In this document: positions 30,601-43,300 of the stretch, one piece after another | How the letters are laid out: each line of letters begins with the position of its first letter | Position numbering within the stretch: the stretch's first letter is position 1 | Assembly (NCBI GenBank): GCA_964057225.1 | Contig: OZ059900.1 | Location: forward strand, 3,658,001-3,722,000 | Length of the DNA: 64,000 bases | Reading direction: 5' to 3' | From: Auanema rhodensis | Lineage: Eukaryota; Animalia; Nematoda | Translations under genes and position numbers: made by a program | Notes under the pieces: model-generated | Told to the model about the DNA's origin: nothing | Seen by the model: only the letters and a program-made list of their open reading frames with translations | Databases searched by the model: none

Positions 30601-32030
30601 ATAAAAATAGACTGATTTTGTGTATTGTATGTTTGATTCTCAAATCTTAACGAATATGATCAAAATTTACGAGTATTACAGATTTTGTACCAAAAATCGG
30701 TGAGTATATGGTGTTAAAGGCATAAAAACGACCATACTTAGTGTAGTAAAGCTATTTGAGTGAAATTCAGTGATTTACACATCATTAGTGTATATTTGAA
30801 GACTTTTGTTATCATAGACAGTAAAACTATGCTTTTGATCATATATATGAGCGATTTAGCCCAATTGGACTCAAAACTCGGAAAATTCAAAAATTCTTTC
30901 TATTTTCGACCTTTTTTGATCAAAATGATTAAATATCAGTGCAAACTCGTCAAAATAAACTTATTTCGTGTATTGTGTGTTTGATTCTCGAATCTCACCG
31001 AATATGATCAAAATTTACGAGTATTACAGATTTTGTACCAAAAATCGGTGAGTATATGGTGTTAAAGGCATAAAAACGACCATACTTAGTGTAGTAATGC
31101 TATTTGAGTGAAATTCAGTGATTAAATCATTATTAGTGTATATTTGAAGACTTTTGTTATCATAGACAGTAAAACTATGCTTTTGATCATATATATGAGC
31201 GATTTAGCCCAATTGGACTCAAAACTCGGAAAATTCAAAAATTCTTTCTATTTTCGACCTTTTTTGATCAAAATGAATAAATATCAGTGCAAACTCATAA
31301 AAATAGACTTATTTCGTGTATTATGTGTTTGATTCTCGAATCTTAACGAATATGATCAAAATTTACAAGTATTACAGATTTTGTACCAAAAATCGGTGAG
31401 TATATGGTGTTAAAGGCATAAAAACGACCATACTTAGTGTAGTAATGCTATTTGAGCGAAATTTAGTGATTTAAACATCATTAGTGTTTAACTAATGACT
31501 TTTGTTGTCATAGACAATAAAACTATGCTTCTGATCATATATATGAGCGATTTAGCCAAATTAGACTCAAAACTCGTAAATTTCAAAAATTCTTTCTATT
31601 TTCGACCTTTTTTGATCAAAATGAATATATATCAGTGCAAGCTCATAAAAATAGACTGATTTTGTGTATTGTATGTTTGATTCTCAAATCTTAACGAATA
31701 TGATCAAAATTTACGAGTATTACAGATTTTGTACCAAAAATCGGTGAGTATATGGTGTTAAAGGCATAAAAACGACCATACTTAGTGTAGTAATGCTATT
31801 TGAGTGAAATTCAGTGATTTAATCATTATTAGTGTATATTTGAAGACTTTTGTTATCATAGACAGTAAAACTATGCTTTTGATCATATATATGAGCGATT
31901 TAGCCCAACTGGACTCAAAACTCGGAAAATTCAAAAATTCTTTCTATTTTCGACCTTTTTTGATCAAAATGAATATATATCAGTGCAAACTCATAAAAAT
32001 AGACTGATTTTGTTTATTGTGTGTTTCATT
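27630..32030 (+). repeat. Higher-order repeat: 6-monomer unit (2,087 bp), about 2.1 copies
   Basis: ORFs 27630/29717/31804, 27978/30065, 28673/30760 and 29057/31144; variants TTGAAGGC (about 28281/30368) and CCCAACTGG (about 29820/31907). Confidence 0.88.
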
Positions 32031-32357
32031 TTCAAATCTTAACGAATATGATCAAAATTTACGAGTATTACAGATTTTGTACCAAAAATCGGTGAGTATA
32101 TGGTGTTAAAGGCATAAAAACGACCATACTTAGTGTAGTAATGCTATTTGAGCGAAAATCAGTATTTAAACATCACTAGCGTTTAATTGATGACTTTTGT
32201 TGTCATAGACAATGAAACTATGCTTCTGATCATGTATATGAGCGATTTAGCCAAATTAGACTCAAAACTCGGAAATTTCAAAAATTCTTTCTATTTTCGA
32301 CCTTTTTTGATCAAAATGAATATATATCAGTGCAAGCTTATAAAAATAGACTGATTT

Positions 32358-32906
32358 TGTGTATTGTATGTTTGATTCTCAAATCTTAACGAATATGATC
32401 AAAATTTACGAGTATTACAGATTTTGTACCAAAAATCGGTGAGTATATGGTGTTAAAGGCATAAAAACGACCATACTTAGTGTAGTAAAGCTATTTGAGT
32501 GAAATTCAGTGACTTACACATTATTGGTGTATATTTGAAGACTTTTGTTATCATAGACAGTAAAACTATGCATACTCGTAAATTTTGATCATATTCATAA
32601 ATAGCTTTACTACACTAAGTATGGTCGTTTTACTGTCTATGATAACAAAAGTCTTCAATTAAACGCATGTGTATTGTATGTTTGATTCTCAAATCTTAAC
32701 GAATATGATCAAAATTTACGAGTATTACAGATTTTGTACCAAAAATCGGTGAGTATATGGTGTTAAAGGCATAAAAACGACCATACTTAGTGTAGTAAAG
32801 CTATTTGAGTGAAATTCAGTGATTTACACATTATTGGTGTATATTTGAAGACTTTTGTTATCATAGACAGTAAAACTATGCATACTCGTAAATTTTGATC
32901 ATATTC
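32358..32906. other. Complex inversion junction: 239-bp direct duplication (32358-32596 and 32668-32906) flanking a 71-bp templated patchwork insert (32597-32667)
   Basis: The forward-to-reverse breakpoint AAAACTATGC|ATACTCGTAAATTTTGATCATATTC occurs twice, 310 bp apart (32571/2 and 32881/2). Both copies share the private allele TTATTGGTGT. The intervening sequence consists of short reverse-complement satellite fragments. Confidence 0.9.
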
Positions 32907-35900
32907 GTTAAGATTTGAGAATCAAACATACAATACACAAAATCAGTCTATGTTTATGAGCTTGCACTGATATATATTCATTTTGATCAAAAAAGGTCGA
33001 AAATAGAAAGAATTTTTGAAATTTCCGAGTTTTGAGTCTAATTTGGCTAAATCGCTCATTTATATGATCAGAAGCAAAGTTTTATTGTCTATGACAACAA
33101 AAGTCATCAATTAAACGCTAGTGATGTTTAAATACTATTTTTCGCTCAAATAGCATTACTACACTAAGTATGGTCGTTTTTATGCCTTTAACACCATATA
33201 CTCACCGATTTTTGGTACAAAATCTGTAATACTTGTAAATTTCGATCATATTCGTTAAGATTCGAGAATCAAACACATAATACACGAAATAAGTCTATTT
33301 TTATGAGTTTGCACTGATATTTATTCATTTTGATCAAAAAAGGTCGAAAATAGAAAGAATTTTTGAATTTTCCGAGTTTTGAGTCCAATTGGGCTAAATC
33401 GCTCATATATATGATCAAAAACATAGTTTTATTGTCTATAACAACAAAAGTCATCAATTAAACGCTAGTGATGTTTAAATACTGATTTTCGCTCAAATAG
33501 CATTACTACACTAAGTATGGTCGTTTTTATGCCTTTAACACCATATACTCACCGATTTTTGGTACAAAATCTGTGATACTCGTAAATTTTGATCATATTC
33601 GGTGAGATTCGAGAATCAAACACACAATACACGAAATAAGTTCATTTTTACGAGTTTGCACTGATATTTATTCATTTTGATCAAAAAAGGTCGAAAATAG
33701 AAAGAATTTTTGAAATTTCCGAGTTTTGAGTCTAATTTGGCTAAATCGCTCATATATAAGATCAAAAGCATAGTTTTATTGTCTATGACAACAAAAGTCA
33801 TCAATTAAACGCTAGTGATGTTTAAATACTGAATTTCGCTCAAATAGCATTACTACACTAAGTATGGTCGTTTTTATGCCTTTAACACCATATACTCACC
33901 GATTTTTGGTACAAAATCTGTAATACTCGTAAATTTTGATCATATTCGTTAAGATTTGAGAATCAAACATACAATACACAAAATCAGTCTATTTTTATGA
34001 GCTTGCACTGATATATATTCATTTTGATCAAAAAAGCTCGAAAATAGAAAGAATTTTTGAAATTTCCGAGTTTTGAGTCTAATTTGGCTAAATCGCTCAT
34101 TTATATGATCAGAAGCAAAGTTTTATTGTCTATGACAACAAAAGTCATCAATTAAACGCTAGTGATGTTTAAATACTAATTTTCGCTCAAATAGCATTAC
34201 TACACTAAGTATGGTCGTTTTTATGCCTTTAACACCATATACTCACCGATTTTTGCTACAAAATCTGTAATACTTGTGAATTTTGATCATATTTGTTAAG
34301 ATTCGAGAATCAAACACATATTACACGAAATAAGTCTATTTTTATGAGTTTACACTGATATTTATTCATTTTGATCAAAAAAGGTCGAAAATAGAAAGAA
34401 TTTTTGAAATTTCCGAGTTTTGAGTCCAATTTGGCTAAATCGCTCATATATATGATCAAAAGCATAGTTTTATTGTCTATAACAACAAAAGTCATCAATT
34501 AAACGCTAGTGATGTTTTAATACTGAATTTCGCTCAAATAGCATTACTACACTAAGTATGGTCGTTTTTATGCCTTTAACACCATATACTCACCGATTTT
34601 TGGTACAAAATCTGTGATACTCGTAAATTTTGATCATATTTGTTAAGATTCGAAAATCAAACACACAATACACGAAATAAGTTTATTTTTACAAGTTTGC
34701 ACTGATATTTATTCATTTTGATCAAAAAAGGTCGAAAATAGAAAGAATTTTTGAAATTTCCGAGTTTTGAGTCTAATTTGGCTAAATCGCTCATATATAT
34801 GATCAGAAGCATAGGTGTATTGTCTATGACAACAAAAGTCATTAATTAAACACTAATGATGTTTAAATCACTAAATTTCGCTCTAATAGCATTACTACAC
34901 TAAGTATGGTCGTTTTTATGAATTTAACACCATATACTCACCGATTTTTGGTACAAAATCTGTAATACTCGTAAATTTTGATCATATTCGTTAAGATTTG
35001 AGAATCAAACACACAATACACAATATCAGTCTATTTTTATGAGCTTGCACTGATATATATTCATTTTGATCAAAAAAGGTCGAAAATAGAAAGAATTTTT
35101 GAAATTTCCGAGTTTTGAGTCCAATTTGGCTAAATCGCTCATATATATGATCAAAAGCATAGTTCTATTGTCTATAACAACAAAAGTCTTTAATTAAACG
35201 CTAGTGATGTTTTAATACTGAATTTTGCTCAAATAGCATTACTACACTAAGTATGGTCGTTTTTATGCCTTTAACACCATATACTCACCGATTTTTGGTA
35301 CAAAATCTGTAATACTTGTAAATTTTGATCATATTCGTTAAGATTCGAAAATCAAACACACAATACACGAAATAAGTTTATTTTTACAAGTTTGCACTGA
35401 TATTTATTCATTTTGATCAAAAAAGGTCGAAACTAGAAAGAATTTTTGAAATTTCCGAGTTTTGAGTCTAATTTGGCTAAATCGCTCATATATATGATCA
35501 AAAGCATAGTTTCACTGTCTATGATAACAAAAGTCTTCAAATATACACTAGTAATGATTAAATCACTGAATTTCACTCAAATAGCATTACTACACTAAGT
35601 ATGGTCGTTTTTATGCCTTTAACACCATATACTCACCGATTTTCGGTACAAAATCTGTAATACTTGTAAATTTTGATCATATCCGTTAAGATTTGAGAAT
35701 CAAACACACAATACACAAAATCAGTCTATTTTTATGAGCTTGCACTGATATATATTCATTTTGATCAAAAAAGGTCGAAAATAGAAAGAATTTTTGAAAT
35801 TTCCGAGTTTTGAGTCTAATTTGGCTAAATCGCTCATATATATGATCAGAAGCATAGTTTTATGGTCTATGACAACAAAAGTCATCAATTAAACGCTAGT

Positions 35901-38652
35901 GATGTTTAAATACTGATTTTCGCTCAAATAGCATTACTACACTAAGTATGGTCGTTTTTATGCCTTTAATACCATATACTCACCGATTTTTGGTACAAAA
36001 TCTGTAATACTCGTAAATTTCGATCATATTTGTTAAGATTTGAGAATCAAACACACAATACACAAAATCAGTCTATTTTATAAGCTTGCACTGATATATA
36101 TTCATTTTGATCAAAAAAGGTCGAAAATAGAAAGAATTTTTGAAATTTCCGAGTTTTGAGTCTAATTTGGCTAAATCGCTCATATATATGATCAGAAGCA
36201 TAGTTTTATGGTCTATGACAACAAAAGTCATCAATTAAACGCTAGTGATGTTTAAATACTGATTTTCGCTCAAATAGCATTACTACACTAAGTATGGTCG
36301 TTTTTATGCCTTTAACACCATATACTCACCGATTTTTGGTACAAAATCTGTGATACTCGTAAATTTTGATCATATTTGGTGAGATTCGAGAATCAAACAC
36401 ACAATACACGAAATAAGTTTATTTTTACGAGTTTGCACTGATATTTATTCATTTTGATCAAAAAAGGTCGAAAATAGAAAGAATTTTTGAAATTTCCGAG
36501 TTTTGAGTCCAATTGGGCTAAATCGCTCATATATATGATCAAAAGCATAGTTTTACTGTCTATGATAACAAAAGTCATCAATTAAACGCTAGTGATGTTT
36601 AAATACTAATTTTCGCTCAAATAGCATTACTACACTAAGTATGGTCGTTTTTATGCCTTTAACACCATATACTCACCGATTTTTGGTACAAAATCTGTAA
36701 TACTTGTAAATTTCGATCATATTCGGTGAGATTCGAGAATCAAACACACAATACACGAAATAAGTTCATTTTTACGAGTTTGCACTGATATTTATTCATT
36801 TTGATCAAAAAAGGTCGAAAATAGAAAGAATTTTTGAAATTTCCGAGTTTTGAGTCTAATTTGGCTAAATCGCTCATATATATGATCAAAAGCATAGTTT
36901 TATTGTCTATGACAACAAAAGTCATCAATTAAACGCTAGTGATGTTTAAATACTGATTTTCGCTCAAATAGCATTACTACACTAAGTATGGTCGTTTTTA
37001 TGCCTTTAACACCATATACTCACCGATTTTTGGTACAAAATCTGTAATACTCGTAAATTTCGATCATATTCGTTAAGATTTGAGAATCAAACACACAATA
37101 CACAAAATCAGTCTATTTTTATAAGCTTGCACTGATATATATTCATTTTGATCAAAAAAGGTCGAAAATAGAAAGAATTTTTGAAATTTCCGAGTTTTGA
37201 GTCTAATTTGGCTAAATCGCTCATATATATGATCAGAAGCATAGTTTTATGGTCTATGACAACAAAAGTCATCAATTAAACGCTAGTGATGTTTAAATAC
37301 TGATTTTCGCTCAAATAGCATTACTACACTAAGTATGGTCGTTTTTATGCCTTTAACACCATATACTCACCGATTTTTGGTACAAAATCTGTGATACTCG
37401 TAAATTTTGATCATATTCGGTGAGATTCGAGAATCAAACACACAATACACGAAATAAGTTTATTTTTACGAGTTTGCACTGATATTTATTCATTTTGATC
37501 AAAAAAGGTCGAAAATAGAAAGAATTTTTGAAATTTCCGAGTTTTGAGTCCAATTGGGCTAAATCGCTCATATATATGATCAAAAGCATAGTTTTACTGT
37601 CTATGATAACAAAAGTCTTCAAATATACACTAATAATGATTAAATCACTGAATTTCACTCAAATAGCATTACTACACTAAGTATGGTCGTTTTTATGCCT
37701 TTAACACCATATACTCACCGATTTTTGATACAAAATCTGTGATACTCGTAAATTTTGATCATATTCGGTGAGATTCGAGAATCAAACACACAATACACGA
37801 AATAAGTTTATTTTTACGAGTTTGCACTGATATTTATTCATTTTGATCAAAAAAGGTCGAAAATAGAAAGAATTTTTGAAATTTCCGAGTTTTGAGTCTA
37901 ATTTGGCTAAATCGCTCATTTATATGATCAGAAGCAAAGTTTTATTGTCTATGACAACAAAAGTCATCAATTAAACGCTAGTGATGTTTAAATACTAATT
38001 TTCGCTCAAATAGCATTACTACACTAAGTATGGTCGTTTTTATGCCTTTAACACCATATACTCACCGATTTTTGGTACAAAATCTGTAATACTTGTAAAT
38101 TTCGATCATATTCGGTGAGATTCGAGAATCAAACACACAATACACGAAATAAGTTTATTTTTACGAGTTTGCACTGATATTTATTCATTTTGATCAAAAA
38201 AGGACGAAAATAGAAAGAATTTTTGAAATTTCCGAGTTTTGAGTCTAATTTGGCTAAATCGCTCATATATATGATCAAAAGCATAGTTTTATTGTCTATG
38301 ACAACAAAAGTCATCAATTAAACGCTAGTGATGTCTAAATACTGAATTTCGCTCAAATAGCATTACTACACTAAGTATGGTCGTTTTTATGCCTTTAACA
38401 CCATATACTCACCGATTTTTGGTACAAAATCTGTAATACTCGTAAATTTTGATCATATTCGTTAAGATTTGAGAATCAAACATACAATACACAAAATCAG
38501 TCTGTTTTTATGAGCTTGCACTGATATATATTTATTTTGATCAAAAAAGGTCGAAAATAGAAAGAATTTTCGAAATTTCCGAGTTTTGAGTCTAATTTGG
38601 CTAAATCGCTCATTTATATGATCAGAAGCAAAGTTTTATTGTCTATGACAAC

Positions 38653-38658
38653 TGACAA
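38653..38658. other. Truncated monomer: 55-bp deletion with a 6-bp templated insertion (net -49 bp)
   Basis: The sequence reads GTCTATGACAAC-TGACAA-CATTACTACAC instead of GTCTATGACAAC-AAAAGTC...CAAATAG-CATTACTACAC. ORF-track spacing 38129 to 38774 is 645 = 694 - 49. Confidence 0.9.
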
Positions 38659-38769
38659 CATTACTACACTAAGTATGGTCGTTTTTATGCCTTTAACACC
38701 ATATACTCACCGATTTTTGGTACAAAATCTGTGATACTCGTAAATTCTGATCATATTCGGTGAGATTCG

Positions 38770-41700
38770 AGAATCAAACACACAATACACGAAATAAGTT
38801 TATTTTTACGAGTTTGCACTGATATTTATTCATTTTGATCAAAAAAGGTCGAAAATAGAAAGAATTTTTGAATTTTCCGAGTTTTGAGTCCAATTGGGCT
38901 AAATCGCTCATATATATGATCAAAAACATAGTTTTATTGTCTATAACAACAAAAGTCATCAATTAAACGCTAGTGATGTTTAAATACTGATTTTCGCTCA
39001 AATAGCATTACTACACTAAGTATGGTCGTTTTTATGCCTTTAACACCATATACTCACCGATTTTTGGTACAAAATCTGTGATACTCGTAAATTTTGATCA
39101 TATTCGGTGAGATTCGAGAATCAAACACACAATACACGAAATAAGTTCATTTTTACGAGTTTGCACTGATATTTATTCATTTTGATCAAAAAAGGTCGAA
39201 AATAGAAAGAATTTTTGAAATTTCCGAGTTTTGAGTCTAATTTGGCTAAATCGCTCATATATATGATCAAAAGCATAGTTTTATTGTCTATGACAACAAA
39301 AGTCATTAATTAAACGCTAGTGATGTTTAAATACTGAATTTCGCTCAAATAGCATTACTACACTAAGTATGGTCGTTTTTATGCCTTTAACACCATATAC
39401 TCACCGATTTTTGGTACAAAATCTGTAATACTCGTAAATTTTGATCATATTCGTTAAGATTTGAGAATCAAACATACAATACACAAAATCAGTCTATTTT
39501 TTTGAGCTTGCACTGATATATATTCATTTTGATCAAAAAAGGTCGAAAATAGAAAGAATTTTTGAAATTTCCGAGTTTTGAGTCTAATTTGGCTAAATCG
39601 CTCATATATATGATCAGAAGCATAGTTTTATGGTCTATGACAACAAAAGTCATCAATTAAACGCTAGTGATGTTTAAATACTGAATTTCGCTCAAATAGC
39701 ATTACTACACTAAGTATGGTCGTTTTTATGCCTTTAACACCATATACTCACCGATTTTTGGTACAAAATCTGTAATACTCGTAAATTTTGATCATATTCG
39801 TTAAGATTTGAGAATCAAACACACAATACACAAAATCAGTCTATTTTAATGAGTTTGCATCGATATATATTCATTTTGATCAAAAAAAGTCGAAAATAGA
39901 AAGAATTTTTGAATTTTCCGAGTTTTGAGTCCAATTGGGCTAAATCGCTCATATATATGATCAAAAACATAGTTTTATTGTCTATAACAACAAAAGTCAT
40001 CAATTAAACGCTAGTGATGTTTAAATACTGATTTTCGCTCAAATAGCATTACTACACTAAGTATGGTCGTTTTTATGCCTTTAACACCATATACTCACCG
40101 ATTTTTGGTACAAAATCTGTAATACTCGTAAATTTTGATCATATTCGTTAAGATTTGAGAATCAAACATACAATACACAAAATCAGTCTATTTTTATGAG
40201 CTTGCACTGATATATATTCATTTTGATCAAAAAAGGTCGAAAATAGAAAGAATTTTTGAAATTTCCGAGTTTTGAGTCTAATTTGGCTAAATCGCTCATA
40301 TATATGATCAGAAGCATAGTTTTATGGTCTATGACAACAAAAGTCATCAATTAAACGCTAGTGATGTTTAAATACTGAATTTCGCTCAAATAGCATTACT
40401 ACACTAAGTATGGTCGTTTTTATGCCGTTAACACCATATACTCACCGATTTTTGGTACAAAATCTGTAATACTCGTAAATTTTGATCATATTCGTTAAGA
40501 TTTGAGAATCAAACACACAATACACGAAATAAGTTTATTTTTACGAGTTTGCACTGATATTTATTCATTTTGATCAAAAAAGGTCGAAAATAGAAAGAAT
40601 TTTTGAATTTTCCGAGTTTTGAGTCCAATTGGGCTAAATCGCTCATATATATGATCAAAAACATAGTTTTATTGTCTATAACAACAAAAGTCATCAATTA
40701 AACGCTAGTGATGTTTAAATACTGATTTTCGCTCAAATAGCATTACTACACTAAGTATGGTCGTTTTTATGCCTTTAACACCATATACTCACCGATTTTT
40801 GGTACAAAATCTGTGATACTCGTAAATTTTGATCATATTCGGTGAGATTCGAGAATCAAACACACAATACACGAAATAAGTTCATTTTTACGAGTTTGCA
40901 CTGATATTTATTCATTTTGATCAAAAAAGGTCGAAAATAGAAAGAATTTTTGAAATTTCCGAGTTTTGAGTCTAATTTGGCTAAATCGCTCATATATATG
41001 ATCAAAAGCATAGTTTTATTGTCTATGACAACAAAAGTCATTAATTAAACGCTAGTGATGTTTAAATACTGAATTTCGCTCAAATAGCATTACTACACTA
41101 AGTATGGTCGTTTTTATGCCTTTAACACCATATACTCACCGATTTTTGGTACAAAATCTGTAATACTCGTAAATTTTGATCATATTCGTTAAGATTTGAG
41201 AATCAAACATACAATACACAAAATCAGTCTATTTTTTTGAGCTTGCACTGATATATATTCATTTTGATCAAAAAAGGTCGAAAATAGAAAGAATTTTTGA
41301 AATTTCCGAGTTTTGAGTCTAATTTGGCTAAATCGCTCATATATATGATCAGAAGCATAGTTTTATGGTCTATGACAACAAAAGTCATCAATTAAACGCT
41401 AGTGATGTTTAAATACTGAATTTCGCTCAAATAGCATTACTACACTAAGTATGGTCGTTTTTATGCCTTTAACACCATATACTCACCGATTTTTGGTACA
41501 AAATCTGTAATACTCGTAAATTTTGATCATATTCGTTAAGATTTGAGAATCAAACACACAATACACAAAATCAGTCTATTTTAATGAGTTTGCATCGATA
41601 TATATTCATTTTGATCAAAAAAAGTCGAAAATAGAAAGAATTTTTGAATTTTCCGAGTTTTGAGTCCAATTGGGCTAAATCGCTCATATATATGATCAAA

Positions 41701-43300
41701 AACATAGTTTTATTGTCTATAACAACAAAAGTCATCAATTAAACGCTAGTGATGTTTAAATACTGATTTTCGCTCAAATAGCATTACTACACTAAGTATG
41801 GTCGTTTTTATGCCTTTAACACCATATACTCACCGATTTTTGGTACAAAATCTGTAATACTCGTAAATTTTGATCATATTCGTTAAGATTTGAGAATCAA
41901 ACATACAATACACAAAATCAGTCTATTTTTATGAGCTTGCACTGATATATATTCATTTTGATCAAAAAAGGTCGAAAATAGAAAGAATTTTTGAAATTTC
42001 CGAGTTTTGAGTCTAATTTGGCTAAATCGCTCATATATATGATCAGAAGCATAGTTTTATGGTCTATGACAACAAAAGTCATCAATTAAACGCTAGTGAT
42101 GTTTAAATACTGAATTTCGCTCAAATAGCATTACTACACTAAGTATGGTCGTTTTTATGCCGTTAACACCATATACTCACCGATTTTTGGTACAAAATCT
42201 GTAATACTCGTAAATTTTGATCATATTCGTTAAGATTTGAGAATCAAACACACAATACACGAAATAAGTTTATTTTTACGAGTTTGCACTGATATTTATT
42301 CATTTTGATCAAAAAAGGTCGAAAATAGAAAGAATTTTTGAATTTTCCGAGTTTTGAGTCCAATTGGGCTAAATCGCTCATATATATGATCAAAAACATA
42401 GTTTTATTGTCTATAACAACAAAAGTCATCAATTAAACGCTAGTGATGTTTAAATACTGATTTTCGCTCAAATAGCATTACTACACTAAGTATGGTCGTT
42501 TTTATGCCTTTAACACCATATACTCACCGATTTTTGGTACAAAATCTGTGATACTCGTAAATTTTGATCATATTCGGTGAGATTCGAGAATCAAACACAC
42601 AATACACGAAATAAGTTCATTTTTACGAGTTTGCACTGATATTTATTCATTTTGATCAAAAAAGGTCGAAAATAGAAAGAATTTTTGAAATTTCCGAGTT
42701 TTGAGTCTAATTTGGCTAAATCGCTCATATATATGATCAAAAGCATAGTTTTATTGTCTATGACAACAAAAGTCATTAATTAAACGCTAGTGATGTTTAA
42801 ATACTAAATTTCGCTCAAATAGCATTACTACACTAAGTATGGTCGTTTTTATGCCTTTAACACCATATACTCACCGATTTTTGGTACAAAATCTGTAATA
42901 CTCGTAAATTTTGATCATATTCGTTAAGATTTGAGAATCAAACATACAATACACAAAATCAGTCTATTTTTATGAGCTTGCACTGATATATATTCATTTT
43001 GATCAAAAAAGGTCGAAAATAGAAAGAATTTTTGAAATTTCCGAGTTTTGAGTCTAATTTGGCTAAATCGCTCATATATATGATCAGAAGCATAGTTTTA
43101 TGGTCTATGACAACAAAAGTCATCAATTAAACGCTAGTGATGTTTAAATACTGAATTTCGCTCAAATAGCATTACTACACTAAGTATGGTCGTTTTTATG
43201 CCTTTAACACCATATACTCACCGATTTTTGGTACAAAATCTGTAATACTCGTAAATTTTGATCATATTCGTTAAGATTTGAGAATCAAACACACAATACA
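38770..43300 (-). repeat. Higher-order repeat: 5-monomer unit (1,735 bp), about 2.6 copies
   Basis: ORFs 38774/40509/42244 and 39121/40856/42591; variants GCATCGATA (about 39858/41593) and GCCGTTAAC (about 40425/42160). Confidence 0.88.

Larger units (their letters stand above)
1..32571 (+). repeat. Tandem satellite array, left arm, 347/348-bp AT-rich monomer (about 94 copies; continues beyond the window start)
   Basis: The motif GTACCAAAAATCGGTGAGTATATGGTGTTAAAGGCATAAAAACGACCATACTTAGTGTAG recurs every 347-348 bp, and the ORF-track starts are spaced by multiples of 347/348. Monomers differ by scattered substitutions and a 1-bp indel (CAGTGATTTA vs CAGTATTTA). Strand is an arbitrary polarity label. 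Confidence 0.98.

Noticed and set aside
1-32571. CRISPR-like array (conserved block alternating with variable block)
   Set aside because: The variable parts are allelic versions of the same sequence rather than unique spacers, the period is 347 bp, there are no cas genes, and the context is eukaryotic (spliceosomal intron).
32662-32670. AACGCATGT at the junction also occurs in the transposon 5' region (48422-48430)
   Set aside because: It is only 9 bp and is fully explained by satellite fragments AAACGC + A + TGTGT, so it is most likely coincidence.
33010-33230. Tandem SL-RNA, snRNA or 5S gene array (SL1-like TTTGAAATTTCCGAGTTTTGAG, Sm-site-like AATTTTTGA and GATTTTTGG)
   Set aside because: Only about 14/22 identity to SL1 and no GT donor directly after it. 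Sm-like T-tracts are expected by chance in AT-rich DNA. I recognised no 5S or tRNA sequence.
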